Assembly (NCBI GenBank): GCA_963697335.1 | Contig: CAVONQ010000007.1 | Location: forward strand, 128,001-192,000 | From: an uncultured cyanobacterium | GTDB lineage: Bacteria; Cyanobacteriota; Cyanobacteriia; PCC-6307; Cyanobiaceae | Direction of reading: 5' to 3' | Length of the DNA stretch: 64,000 bases | Part shown: piece after piece, positions 29,613-38,041 of the stretch | Numbering within the stretch: position 1 is the first letter of the stretch | How the letters are laid out: each line of letters opens with the position of its first letter | Notes under the pieces: model-generated | What the model was told of the DNA's origin: nothing | The model's input: only the letters and a program-made list of their open reading frames with translations | The model's database searches: none | Made by a program: the position numbers and the translations under genes

Positions 29613-30824
29613 ATGGCCGATCACCACGAGGGGGCGCTCCAGGCCGGCACCTCGAGCTGGCAGGAGGATCTCCGCCAGGCGTTGGCGTCCATCCCCCCTG
29701 ACGGCTGGCGGCGGTTGCGTAGCCTCTCGACGTTGGGTTCTGCCCGCCTCACGCCAGCCCAAGGCCCAACCCTGCTGGACCTGGCCAGCAACGACTACCT
29801 CGGCCTGGCCCGCCACGACGCCGTCGTGGCGGCCGCCCAGCACGTCATGGAGGAGCAGGGCGTCGGCGCAGGCGGCTCGCGCCTGGTGAGTGGCACCCGG
29901 CCGGTGCACATGGCCCTTGAGCAGCAGCTGGCCACCTGGCTCTGTCGTGAGCGGGCGCTGCTGTTTCCCAGTGGCTTCCAGGCCAACCTGGCCGCTGTGA
30001 CGGCCCTGGCCGATCGGAACAGCCTGGTGCTGGCCGATCGGCTGATCCACCACTCGCTGCTCATGGGCGTCCGAGCCAGCGGAGCCCAGCTGAGACGATT
30101 CCGCCACAACGATCTCAGTGATCTGGAGCGACGGCTGGCCGCGGCACGGCGGAGTGATGCCCGTCGGCGCCTGGTGGTGCTCAGTGAGAGCCTGTTCTCG
30201 ATGCAGGGCACCAGCCCGGCCGTGGCGGACCTGGCTGCGCTCTGCGCCGCCCAGGGCGCGGCCTTGGTGCTGGACGAGGCCCACGCCCTGGGGGTGCTGG
30301 GGCAGGGAGGACGGGGGCTGGGCCACGGCCTGGCATCGATCGCCCTGATCAGCGGCACCTTCGGCAAGGCCTTCGGCAGTGGTGGGGCCTTCCTGGCCGG
30401 CGATAGCCTCACCATCGAATGGCTGCTGCAGAGCAGTGGCGCCTTTCGCTACACCACCGCCCTGGCCCCGCCCCTGGCCGCAGCGGCGCTGGCCGCCCTG
30501 GCCGAGATCCAGCAACGGGATCCAGGGCCTGAACTGCTGGATCGGGCCCGGCGCTGGCGCCAGGCTCTGGAGGCAGCGGGCTGGCCCCGGCCGCCCGGGG
30601 AGGGGCCGATCCTGTCGCTGCTGGTGGGTGAGGACGGCGCAGCCCTGGCCCTTCAGGCCCGGCTGGAGGCAGCAGGCCTGCTCGCCGTGGCGATCCGTCC
30701 CCCCACCGTGCCCCAGGGCACCGCCAGGCTGCGACTGGTGCTGCGCCACGATCTTCCCCGGGGCAGCCTGCGACGGCTGCTCCAGGCCCTTGGTCCTCCA
30801 CCCCCCGCCAACCCATGCAAGTGA
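29613..30824 (+). CDS. bioF: 8-amino-7-oxononanoate synthase
   Basis: DLASNDYLGL, GAGGSRLVSG, DEAHALG, GTFGKAFG and AIRPPTVP. Confidence 0.95.
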   Translation: MADHHEGALQAGTSSWQEDLRQALASIPPDGWRRLRSLSTLGSARLTPAQGPTLLDLASNDYLGLARHDAVVAAAQHVMEEQGVGAGGSRLVSGTRPVHMALEQQLATWLCRERALLFPSGFQANLAAVTALADRNSLVLADRLIHHSLLMGVRASGAQLRRFRHNDLSDLERRLAAARRSDARRRLVVLSESLFSMQGTSPAVADLAALCAAQGAALVLDEAHALGVLGQGGRGLGHGLASIALISGTFGKAFGSGGAFLAGDSLTIEWLLQSSGAFRYTTALAPPLAAAALAALAEIQQRDPGPELLDRARRWRQALEAAGWPRPPGEGPILSLLVGEDGAALALQARLEAAGLLAVAIRPPTVPQGTARLRLVLRHDLPRGSLRRLLQALGPPPPANPCK

Positions 30825-31495
30825 TCGCCATGCACGGCTGGCTGGGGGACAGCCGCGGCTGGGCCCCCCTGGCCGCGGCGGCCCGTCGCGAGGGCTGGCT
30901 GTGGCAGAGCGCTGATCGGGGCTACGGCCCCTGCGAGCCGGTACAGCCGCAGTGGCTGGACGCGGAGGGGCCGCGGGTGGTGGTGGGGCACTCGCTCGGG
31001 CCCCATCTGCTGCCGGCTGAACTGCTGCGCGAGGCTGATGCCGTGGTGCTGCTGGCCAGCTTCGGACGCTTCGTGCCCTCCGGCGCAACCGGACGGCCCC
31101 TGATGACCGCCCTCAAGACCATGGCCCAGCAGCTGCAGGGGCCGGAGGCCCACGCCATGCTGCATCGCTTCCTGGAGAAGGCGGCGGCACCGCAACCGCT
31201 CAGCGCCCTGCCGGTGTCGATCCTCGACACGCCGCTGAGCGCCGAGGGGCGCGAGCGGCTGCTTGGGGATCTGGTCCTGCTCCAGCACTGCGAGGCGCTG
31301 CCCGAGGGTTTTCCCACCCAGGCCCGCTGCCTCGTGGTGGAGGCGGCAGCGGATCAGATCGTGGTCCCTGAGGCCAGGGCCTGGCTGCAGGGGGCCCTGC
31401 CCGAAGCCGATCGGGTCGCGGTGGAGGGGGCAGGCCACGCCCTGCTGGTGCCGTCCTTGCTGGAGCTGGTGATCGGCTGGATCCAGGGGCTCTGA
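30815..31495 (+). CDS. alpha/beta hydrolase, probable pimeloyl-ACP methyl ester esterase (BioH/BioK role)
   Basis: HGW, GHSLG nucleophile elbow, D and GH; located between bioF and bioC. Confidence 0.8.
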   Translation: MQVIAMHGWLGDSRGWAPLAAAARREGWLWQSADRGYGPCEPVQPQWLDAEGPRVVVGHSLGPHLLPAELLREADAVVLLASFGRFVPSGATGRPLMTALKTMAQQLQGPEAHAMLHRFLEKAAAPQPLSALPVSILDTPLSAEGRERLLGDLVLLQHCEALPEGFPTQARCLVVEAAADQIVVPEARAWLQGALPEADRVAVEGAGHALLVPSLLELVIGWIQGL

Positions 31496-31497
31496 GC

Positions 31498-32256
31498 ATG
31501 GGAGATCAGAGCGTGGCCGGCGCCAGGGTGGCCCAGGCCTTCGCCCGCCATGCCGCGAACTACGACCGGCAGGCCCTGCTGCAGCGGGCGATCGCCTGGC
31601 GGCTCGCCCGCCACTGCCGGAGCCTGGCCCTGCCACCGGGCCCGATGGCCGACCTGGGGGCAGGCAGCGGACTGCTGGGGCGAGCCCTCGAACAGCAGGG
31701 CTTCCAGGGCAGCTTGCAGCAGCTGGATGGCTGCCGCGCCCTGCTGGCGCAGAACCCCCTGGCAGCCGGCCATTACCACCTCGTCTGGGACCTCGACCAG
31801 GGGCTCCCGGGGAGCCTGAACGGGTCCGGCCTGCTCACCTCCAGCTTTGCCCTGCAGTGGCTGCAGGACCCGCCGGGGCAGCTCGAGCTGTGGTGCCGGA
31901 ACCTGGCGCCCGGGGGCTGGCTGGCCCTGGCGGTGCCGACTGCAGACAGCTTCCCCCAGTGGGAGCAGGCCGCCAGGCGTGCGGCGGTGCCCCACAGCCG
32001 CTGGCCGCTGCCCGAAGCCGCAGAGCTGGAGGCCGCCGCAGCGCGGCACCTGCAGCTGGAGCGGCACGACCGCCTGCGCTTCAGCCGCTCCTATGGGAGT
32101 GGTCGTGGGTTTCTGCGCCACCTGCGGCAGCTGGGCGCCGGCCTGGGCAGGGGCGCGCCTCTGCGGACCGCTCAGCTGCGGCGGCTGCTGCGGCATTGGC
32201 CCGACCACGGCGTGGTGACGTGGAATGTGCTGCTCCTGGTGGGTCAACGACCATGA
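31498..32256 (+). CDS. bioC: malonyl-ACP O-methyltransferase
   Basis: AF.RHAANYD..A.LQ, DLGAGSG and SSFALQW. Confidence 0.88.
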   Translation: MGDQSVAGARVAQAFARHAANYDRQALLQRAIAWRLARHCRSLALPPGPMADLGAGSGLLGRALEQQGFQGSLQQLDGCRALLAQNPLAAGHYHLVWDLDQGLPGSLNGSGLLTSSFALQWLQDPPGQLELWCRNLAPGGWLALAVPTADSFPQWEQAARRAAVPHSRWPLPEAAELEAAAARHLQLERHDRLRFSRSYGSGRGFLRHLRQLGAGLGRGAPLRTAQLRRLLRHWPDHGVVTWNVLLLVGQRP

Positions 32257-32930
32257 CGGAAGCTCAGCAACTGGTGGTCTGCGGCACCGACACGGATGTG
32301 GGCAAGACGGTGGTGAGTGCCTGGCTGATGCAGGGCCTGGACGCCCAATACTGGAAACCCATTCAGAGCGGCCTGGAGGGGGGCGGCGACCGTGGTCGGG
32401 TGCAGGCCCTGCTGGGGCTGCCCGACAGCCGCTTCCTGCCGGAGGCCTACCGCCTGGACGCGCCAGTGTCTCCCCACTGGGCCGCCGAGCGACAAGGGCT
32501 GCAGATCGATCCGCAGCGCCTGGCCCTGCCAGCGGTGTCGGGGGGGCTGGTGGTGGAAACGGCGGGGGGGCTGCTGGTACCGCTGCGGCGCGACTGGCTC
32601 CAGATCGAGCAGCTGCTGCAGTGGCAACTGCCGGTGGTGCTGGTGGCCCGCAGCGGCCTGGGCACCCTCAACCACACCCTGCTGTCGCTGGAGGCCCTGG
32701 GCCGGCGCCGGATCCCTGTGCTGGGGCTGATCCTCAATGGCCCGGAGCACCAGGACAACCCCCGTACCCTCGAGCAACTGGGCGGCACCCCGGTGATCGC
32801 CCAGCTGCCTGATCTCCCCGAGCTGACACGGGAGGCCCTGGCAGCCGAATGGCAGCGCCAGGAGATGGGCCATAGATTGCGGGGCCTCACCCCAGCCATC
32901 CCACAGGAGGGCGGTCATGCCGCGGACTAA
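32253..32930 (+). CDS. bioD: dethiobiotin synthase
   Basis: GTDTDVGKT, WKPIQSG, SPHWAA, VETAGG and LGTLNHTLL. Start ATG 32253. Confidence 0.95.
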   Translation: MTEAQQLVVCGTDTDVGKTVVSAWLMQGLDAQYWKPIQSGLEGGGDRGRVQALLGLPDSRFLPEAYRLDAPVSPHWAAERQGLQIDPQRLALPAVSGGLVVETAGGLLVPLRRDWLQIEQLLQWQLPVVLVARSGLGTLNHTLLSLEALGRRRIPVLGLILNGPEHQDNPRTLEQLGGTPVIAQLPDLPELTREALAAEWQRQEMGHRLRGLTPAIPQEGGHAAD

Positions 32931-33090
32931 CGCCAGGACCGGCCGCGACGCCCTGGTGAGCCTGGCGCTGGTGGTGGTGTGCAGCGCCATCCTGGCGCTG
33001 TTCACCGATGTGGAGCTGACGCTGGTGCGATGGGTCAACTGTGGGCCCCTGGCCGGGCAGGAGAGTCGTCGCGACAGCCGCTGCCAGTGA
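32917..33090 (+). CDS. 57-aa small membrane protein
   Basis: Below the ORF-track cutoff. AGGAGG at 32905-32910 precedes the ATG. Protein MPRTNARTGRDALVSLALVVVCSAILALFTDVELTLVRWVNCGPL...RCQ has one TM helix. Confidence 0.7.
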   Translation: MPRTNARTGRDALVSLALVVVCSAILALFTDVELTLVRWVNCGPLAGQESRRDSRCQ

Positions 33091-33100
33091 GCGCCCTGGC

Positions 33101-33367
33101 TCAGGGGCCGGCCAGGATCGCCGCCTCCACGTCGGCCCGGGAGAGGCCATAGGGGAACTGGCGCACGCAGTCACGGCCATCGGCCTGCCAGCTCACCTTG
33201 AGATCCTCCACCTCCAATTCGATCTGGGCACTCCAGGCGGGCCTGTGCAGATCCCAGAGGCAGGTGTTGGAGGAGCTCTGCACAGCGCCGAGTTGGCGCA
33301 GCCAGGCCTCCAGATCCGGCAGGGGATGGTGATAGAGGGGGGTTTGGTCGGCTGGGAGCTCAGGCAT
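33101..33367 (-). CDS. DUF3143-like protein
   Basis: TPLYHHPLPDLEAWL...FPYGLSRADVEAAILAGP. Confidence 0.8.
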   Translation of the reverse strand: MPELPADQTPLYHHPLPDLEAWLRQLGAVQSSSNTCLWDLHRPAWSAQIELEVEDLKVSWQADGRDCVRQFPYGLSRADVEAAILAGP

Positions 33368-33408
33368 GCGGATCAGGGGGAAGGATGGGAACAGGCGGGG
33401 AGCAGCCT

Positions 33409-33903
33409 TCAGACCGGCGGCCACCAGCTCGGAAAGCGAGCCAGCTCCACCCCCCGCGCCAGGGCCAGACCGATGCCCAGCAGGAGGCTGAGCACCAGGG
33501 CCACCGCCAGCAGCAGCAGGGCCAGCCACTCACCGCCGGAGAGGGCGCGTCGTACGGGCAGGGGGCGTGCGGGCTGCTGCTGCCGCAGCACAGGGGGAGC
33601 GGCGCTGGCGCTGGCCAGCAGCAGCGCCTGGCGCAGCTCGGCGTCGTAGAGGCGGCGGCTCTCGGGGTTGCTGAGCACCGCATAGGCCTGCCGCAGCTCC
33701 AGAAAGGCCTCGGCGGCCCGGTCCTTGGGCAGGGCGGTGGTGTCGGGGTGGTAGAGCTTGCTCAGGGTGCGAAAGGCCTGCCGCAGCTGCTCCGGCGTGG
33801 CTGTGGAGGGCAGCTGCAACAGGGTGTAGTGGCTGCAACGCGAGCCGGAGGGCAGCAACGACAGGAAACCCAGGGTGGGAGATCCTAGGAATCTTGCACC
33901 CAC
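33409..33903 (-). CDS. J-domain protein with C-terminal TM helix
   Basis: [12 protein letters not shown] and [15 protein letters not shown]. Confidence 0.88.
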   Translation of the reverse strand: MGARFLGSPTLGFLSLLPSGSRCSHYTLLQLPSTATPEQLRQAFRTLSKLYHPDTTALPKDRAAEAFLELRQAYAVLSNPESRRLYDAELRQALLLASASAAPPVLRQQQPARPLPVRRALSGGEWLALLLLAVALVLSLLLGIGLALARGVELARFPSWWPPV

Positions 33904-33912
33904 CTACCGCCC

Positions 33913-34674
33913 ATGCCCACTGCCTCCGGACCCCAGGCTGCCGGCAGCCTGCAGCCTGAGGCCCTCTGGAGCCACTTGGGCTGGCGGCCTGACCCCGGCC
34001 AGCTCAAAGGTTTTGAGCGTCTCCAGAACGAGCTGCGGCTCTGGAACGGGCGCCGCAACCTCACCCGGCTGGTGGAGGGGGACGACTACTGGATCTCCCA
34101 GGTGTTCGACAGCCTGTGGCCCCTGCGGGCCCTGCTGCAGAGCCCGAGCGCCGCTGAGCCGCTGGAGCTGATCGACGTGGGCACCGGCTGCGGCTTTCCC
34201 GGCCTGGCCATCGCCCTGGCCTTGCCCCGGGCCCAGCTCACCCTGGTGGACTCGGTGGGGCGCAAGCTGGAAGCCGTCACGGCCATGGCCGCGGCCCTGG
34301 GGCTGGACTCCAGGGTGTCCGTGCGGCTGGAGCGGGTCGAGCTCAGCGGCCGGGCCGCGGACTATCGCGGCCGCTTCAGCCTGGCGATGGCACGGGCGGT
34401 GGCCGCCGCCCCGGTTGTGGCCGAATACCTGGTGCCGTTGCTGGCCCCTGGCGGCCAGGCCCTGCTGTACCGCGGCCAGTGGAGCGACGCCGACCAGGAG
34501 CCCCTGGAACGGGCCGCCAGGGCACTCAAGGCGGAGATCAGCGCCGTCACGTCGTGCGATCTGCCGGGTGGGCGGGGCATCCGCCATGCGGTGTGGCTCA
34601 GCCCCCTGGCCCCATGCCCGCAGGCCTATCCCAGGTCCGTGGGGGTGCCCAGCCGAAATCCCCTGGGCAGCTGA
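33913..34674 (+). CDS. rsmG: 16S rRNA m7G527 methyltransferase
   Basis: WN...[19 protein letters not shown] and YPRSVGVP. Confidence 0.94.
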   Translation: MPTASGPQAAGSLQPEALWSHLGWRPDPGQLKGFERLQNELRLWNGRRNLTRLVEGDDYWISQVFDSLWPLRALLQSPSAAEPLELIDVGTGCGFPGLAIALALPRAQLTLVDSVGRKLEAVTAMAAALGLDSRVSVRLERVELSGRAADYRGRFSLAMARAVAAAPVVAEYLVPLLAPGGQALLYRGQWSDADQEPLERAARALKAEISAVTSCDLPGGRGIRHAVWLSPLAPCPQAYPRSVGVPSRNPLGS

Positions 34675-34694
34675 GACGGCCCGGCTTTCGGGCC

Positions 34695-35894
34695 TCAGGC
34701 GGCCGAGCTGAGCCGCTGCACCGGAGTGCCGCCGAGACGCCGCCGCAGGCGGCGCAGCAACAGTGGGATCTCCTCCCTCCAGGGGCTGTCGGCCAGGGCC
34801 CGGCGCAGGGCCTGCTCGCTCACTGTCGTGTCGAGCCCATCGGCATTGGCGCCAGGGAACCAGTGGCCGCCGCTGCCCAGCAAGCCGTAGCGGGCCCGGG
34901 CGAAGCCCTCCAGGTCCCAGGCCTCCAATAGGTTATGGAGCCACAGCAGCACCGGCAGGTTGATCCCTCCGGGCGCCTCGGACCAATCCGGCAGTCCCTC
35001 CTGCCAGGTCTGCAGCCAGCGGGCCCCCAGGGCCTCGTGGCGTGCCTGCCCGAGCTTCTCCAGCACAGGCGGCAGCAGGTGGTCGGCCTGATCCAGCAGC
35101 CCCACGGCCTCCAGATGCAGGTCCAGGTCGGCCGGGCAGGACGCCCCCACGCTGATGGTGTCGATCCCTGGAGCCGAGAGACAGAACAGGTCGTTGAACA
35201 CGATCGGATGCAGGGGTGCGCACAGCTCAAGCAGCCGCGGGGATGGGGTGTGCAGATGGCCCCCCTTGTCCGTGGGGCTGATCACGAACACGCCCATGTC
35301 GTGGCGGGCTGCCAGCTCCAGCGCAGGTTGGTTGTCCTGGCGGATGAAATACCAGTGGAGATTGATGTAGTCGAAGGCATCGCTGGCGATGGCCTCGAGA
35401 ATCAGCTCCAGGCTGGCGTGGGTGGAGAAGCCCACATGGCCGATGCGCCCCTGGCGCTGCCAGCGCCGCGCCACCTCCATGCAGCCGCCCGGGCGCAGGG
35501 TGTGGTGCAGATGCTCCGGCAGGTTGACGCCATGGATGGCCAGCAGATCGACCCGCTCCACCGCAAGCCGCTCAAAGCTGAGGCTGAGCTCGGCCTCAAA
35601 GGCGGCGGGATCCTCCTGGGGGGGCACCTTGGTCTGGAGGATGCGGCAGGGATCGGGGCGCTGGCCCAGCAACCAGCCCAGCTGACGTTCGGAGCTGCCG
35701 TAATGGCGGGCAGTCTCGATGTGGTGCAGCCCCTGGGCCCTGGCCTGATCCAGGGTCGCGGCCAGATTGGCCTGGCTCTCTGCGCTGATCTGGTCGCCGG
35801 GAAGGTCTGTCCAGCTCTGCTGAAACCGCATGCCCCCCATGGAGAGCACCGGCATGGCCAGCTCGGTGCGGCCGAAGCGACGGGTGGGAATCAT
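34695..35894 (-). CDS. aldo/keto reductase family protein
   Basis: RRFGRTEL.MPVLS.GGMR, HIETARHYGSSE and GHVGFSTH. Start ATG 35894. Confidence 0.88.
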   Translation of the reverse strand: MIPTRRFGRTELAMPVLSMGGMRFQQSWTDLPGDQISAESQANLAATLDQARAQGLHHIETARHYGSSERQLGWLLGQRPDPCRILQTKVPPQEDPAAFEAELSLSFERLAVERVDLLAIHGVNLPEHLHHTLRPGGCMEVARRWQRQGRIGHVGFSTHASLELILEAIASDAFDYINLHWYFIRQDNQPALELAARHDMGVFVISPTDKGGHLHTPSPRLLELCAPLHPIVFNDLFCLSAPGIDTISVGASCPADLDLHLEAVGLLDQADHLLPPVLEKLGQARHEALGARWLQTWQEGLPDWSEAPGGINLPVLLWLHNLLEAWDLEGFARARYGLLGSGGHWFPGANADGLDTTVSEQALRRALADSPWREEIPLLLRRLRRRLGGTPVQRLSSAA

Positions 35895-35952
35895 GGCTGA
35901 AGCGGCTTGGTAGGCAAGCAGGGCCGGTGGCATGGCACCAGGCGGGCGAGTC

Positions 35953-36372
35953 CTAGGCCGATGGACTGACGTCGCGCCGGGGCAGGGTGCGTCTGACCCG
36001 GGAGGGGCTGGGGAAGCCGAGGGGCTGGATGTCCTGCTGGGAGAGCTGCTCGACCAGCGAGGGGAGCGCCTCGTAGGCCACCCAGTGGATGCAGTCCACG
36101 GGGCAGGTGTCAATGGCCTCCTGGATCCGATCGGTGCTGTCACCGTCCTGGCGGATGGCCCTGGAGCGTCCCCAGGTTTCCTCCACCAAGAACGTGTTGC
36201 CGGCCACGTGGGCGCAGTACCGGCAACCGATGCAGACGGCCTCATCGACCCACACGGCCTGCTGTCGCAGGGCACCGCCGAGGACCGGCTCAAGCCCCGT
36301 GGCGGCTGGCTGCTGGCGCTGACTCGGGGCTGTGAAGGCGAGGGCTGGATCGATGCCGGTGGTCACGCTCAA
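35953..36372 (-). CDS. bacterial-type ferredoxin
   Basis: VDEAVCIGCRYC and AIDTCPVDCIHW. Confidence 0.88.
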   Translation of the reverse strand: MSVTTGIDPALAFTAPSQRQQPAATGLEPVLGGALRQQAVWVDEAVCIGCRYCAHVAGNTFLVEETWGRSRAIRQDGDSTDRIQEAIDTCPVDCIHWVAYEALPSLVEQLSQQDIQPLGFPSPSRVRRTLPRRDVSPSA

Positions 36373-36758
36373 CTCCAGCGGGTCACCACCAGTTCGATGC
36401 TGCCATCGGCCTGATTGGCCTGTTCGGTCACTTGGAAGCCCTCGTCGAGGCTGGCGGCGAGCACGGTGCGCAGGGCGTAGCGCTGGGTGAGCTGGGCGAG
36501 GAAGCGCTCCACGGGAACCTGCTGTCTCCAGAGGTCGAGGTCGGTGACCAGTTCGTAGCGCTCCTGGCTGGCGTTGAAGCGGAAGCCGATGTCGGCGCCG
36601 TTGGGCTGGCTGATCGCCACCTGGGCCAGCTCGCTCTGGCCGCGGTAGCCCCGCACTGGCAACTCCCCTTCCCTGGGGTCGTAGCCCAGGTCGCTGAGGG
36701 CTTCGAGCAGGGCCCCACGGTCACGGAGCTCGGTCTTGACGGTGCTGAAGTGGGACAT
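36369..36758 (-). CDS. DUF1257 / Ycf35-like protein
   Basis: MSHFSTVKTEL, VRGYRGQ, YELVTDL and QRYA. Confidence 0.85.
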   Translation of the reverse strand: MSHFSTVKTELRDRGALLEALSDLGYDPREGELPVRGYRGQSELAQVAISQPNGADIGFRFNASQERYELVTDLDLWRQQVPVERFLAQLTQRYALRTVLAASLDEGFQVTEQANQADGSIELVVTRWS

Positions 36759-36762
36759 GGCC

Positions 36763-36969
36763 TCAGGTGAGCTGGGTGGTCTGGGATTCGTTCTGGAGCT
36801 GCCGGGCAGGCTGGTAGGCCTCCGCCGTGTTGCTGCGCTGCTGGACGCTGCCCAACCGGGCTTCGATGCGCTCGGTGAGCTGCTCGCAGCCCTGGCCCTG
36901 AACGCCCTCCACCAGTTCTTCGACCCGGCCATCGGGCCGGATGCAGAAGCGGATGGTGTGTTGCGCCAT
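36763..36969 (-). CDS. DUF2997-like protein
   Basis: IRPDGRVEELVEGV.G..C..LT.RIE..LG. Confidence 0.82.
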   Translation of the reverse strand: MAQHTIRFCIRPDGRVEELVEGVQGQGCEQLTERIEARLGSVQQRSNTAEAYQPARQLQNESQTTQLT

Positions 36970-37023
36970 CCCGTGACGGTTCGGATTATGGGGATGTTAG
37001 CCGTGATCTGGGGCAGGCTGGGA

Positions 37024-37857
37024 TCAGGCCAGCAGGCCCTCATCCACCAAGGTCTGGAGCCGCTCCAGCACCTCGGGCTGCTCCAGTTGCTCAAGGGCCA
37101 GCCGCGCTTCATCGCGCACGCCCGACTCCGCGTCGTGAAGCATGGTGTGCAGCAGGCACTCCACCAGCTCCTGCTGGCGCGGTTGCACCAAGTCGGCAAA
37201 GAGGCGACCCAGGCCCCAGGCACTGTTGCTGCGGACGGCAGGCTCACTGTCGATGCGCAGACTCAACAGCAGCTGGGCGGCCGCGGGATCCGCCTTGGCT
37301 GGCCCGGTGCTACCGGCATCCGCCAGGGAACTGGCGGCCCAGAGGCGTACCGCCGCGATGTCCACCTGCAGGGCCCGGATCAGGGGGTTGAGCACCGGCG
37401 CCTCGGGGTAGTTGCCGAGGCTCCAGGCCACGGCCTTGCGCACGTAGCCGTTGTCATCGCTGGCCAGCAGGGCCAGCAGGGGAGCCACGGCCTGGGGGCT
37501 GGGGTTGCGGCCCAGGGCGTACACCGCGCTCATCCGCAGGATCGGGCAGGAGGCCTCCAGCAAGGGCAACAGCAGGGGCACCGAGCGGGGATCACGGTGC
37601 TCACAGAAGATGCGCAGACCCTGCATGCGCTGCTCGTGGGCCCCGGCGAGCAGGGTCAAACCCAGCTCGCATTCGGCCACCACGTCCACCGCGCTGTCCT
37701 CGGCACCATCGAGCTCATCGAGCGGATCCCCCAGCAGCTCCTGGGCCAGCTCCTGGGCCAGCACGTCCGGATCGAGATACAGCTCCTGGGGGCTCTCCGG
37801 ATAGGGACCCGGCGTGGCTGGCAGCTCGGGCCAGGGATCAGACGGAGACACGCTCAC
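37024..37857 (-). CDS. HEAT-repeat protein (PBS lyase-like)
   Basis: Repeated VR..A...LG units. Confidence 0.85.
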   Translation of the reverse strand: MSVSPSDPWPELPATPGPYPESPQELYLDPDVLAQELAQELLGDPLDELDGAEDSAVDVVAECELGLTLLAGAHEQRMQGLRIFCEHRDPRSVPLLLPLLEASCPILRMSAVYALGRNPSPQAVAPLLALLASDDNGYVRKAVAWSLGNYPEAPVLNPLIRALQVDIAAVRLWAASSLADAGSTGPAKADPAAAQLLLSLRIDSEPAVRSNSAWGLGRLFADLVQPRQQELVECLLHTMLHDAESGVRDEARLALEQLEQPEVLERLQTLVDEGLLA

Positions 37858-37866
37858 CGGATTCGC

Positions 37867-37992
37867 TCAACCGACAGGAGCGGGGGCGGCCATGTCACCC
37901 GGCAGCCAGATGCGGGCACTGACGGCAAACAGCGCCAGGCCAAATAACACCACGATGGCGGCGGGCAGCAGGGTGGAGCGAAAGAATTGCAC
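37867..37992 (-). CDS. 41-aa small membrane protein
   Basis: GTG start; (M)QFFRSTLLPAAIVVLFGLALFAVSARIWLPGDMAAPAPVG has a single TM helix and fits the gap between co-directional genes. Confidence 0.7.
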   Translation of the reverse strand: MQFFRSTLLPAAIVVLFGLALFAVSARIWLPGDMAAPAPVG

Positions 37993-38041
37993 TGGGATCC
38001 GGCAGGAACTGGGGGCAGAAGGCCCACTACCGGGGCCATCA

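Noticed and set aside
29571..31088. Apparent ~500-aa N-terminal extension of the BASS transporter
   Set aside because: It lies antisense to bioF and the esterase and is not protein-like.
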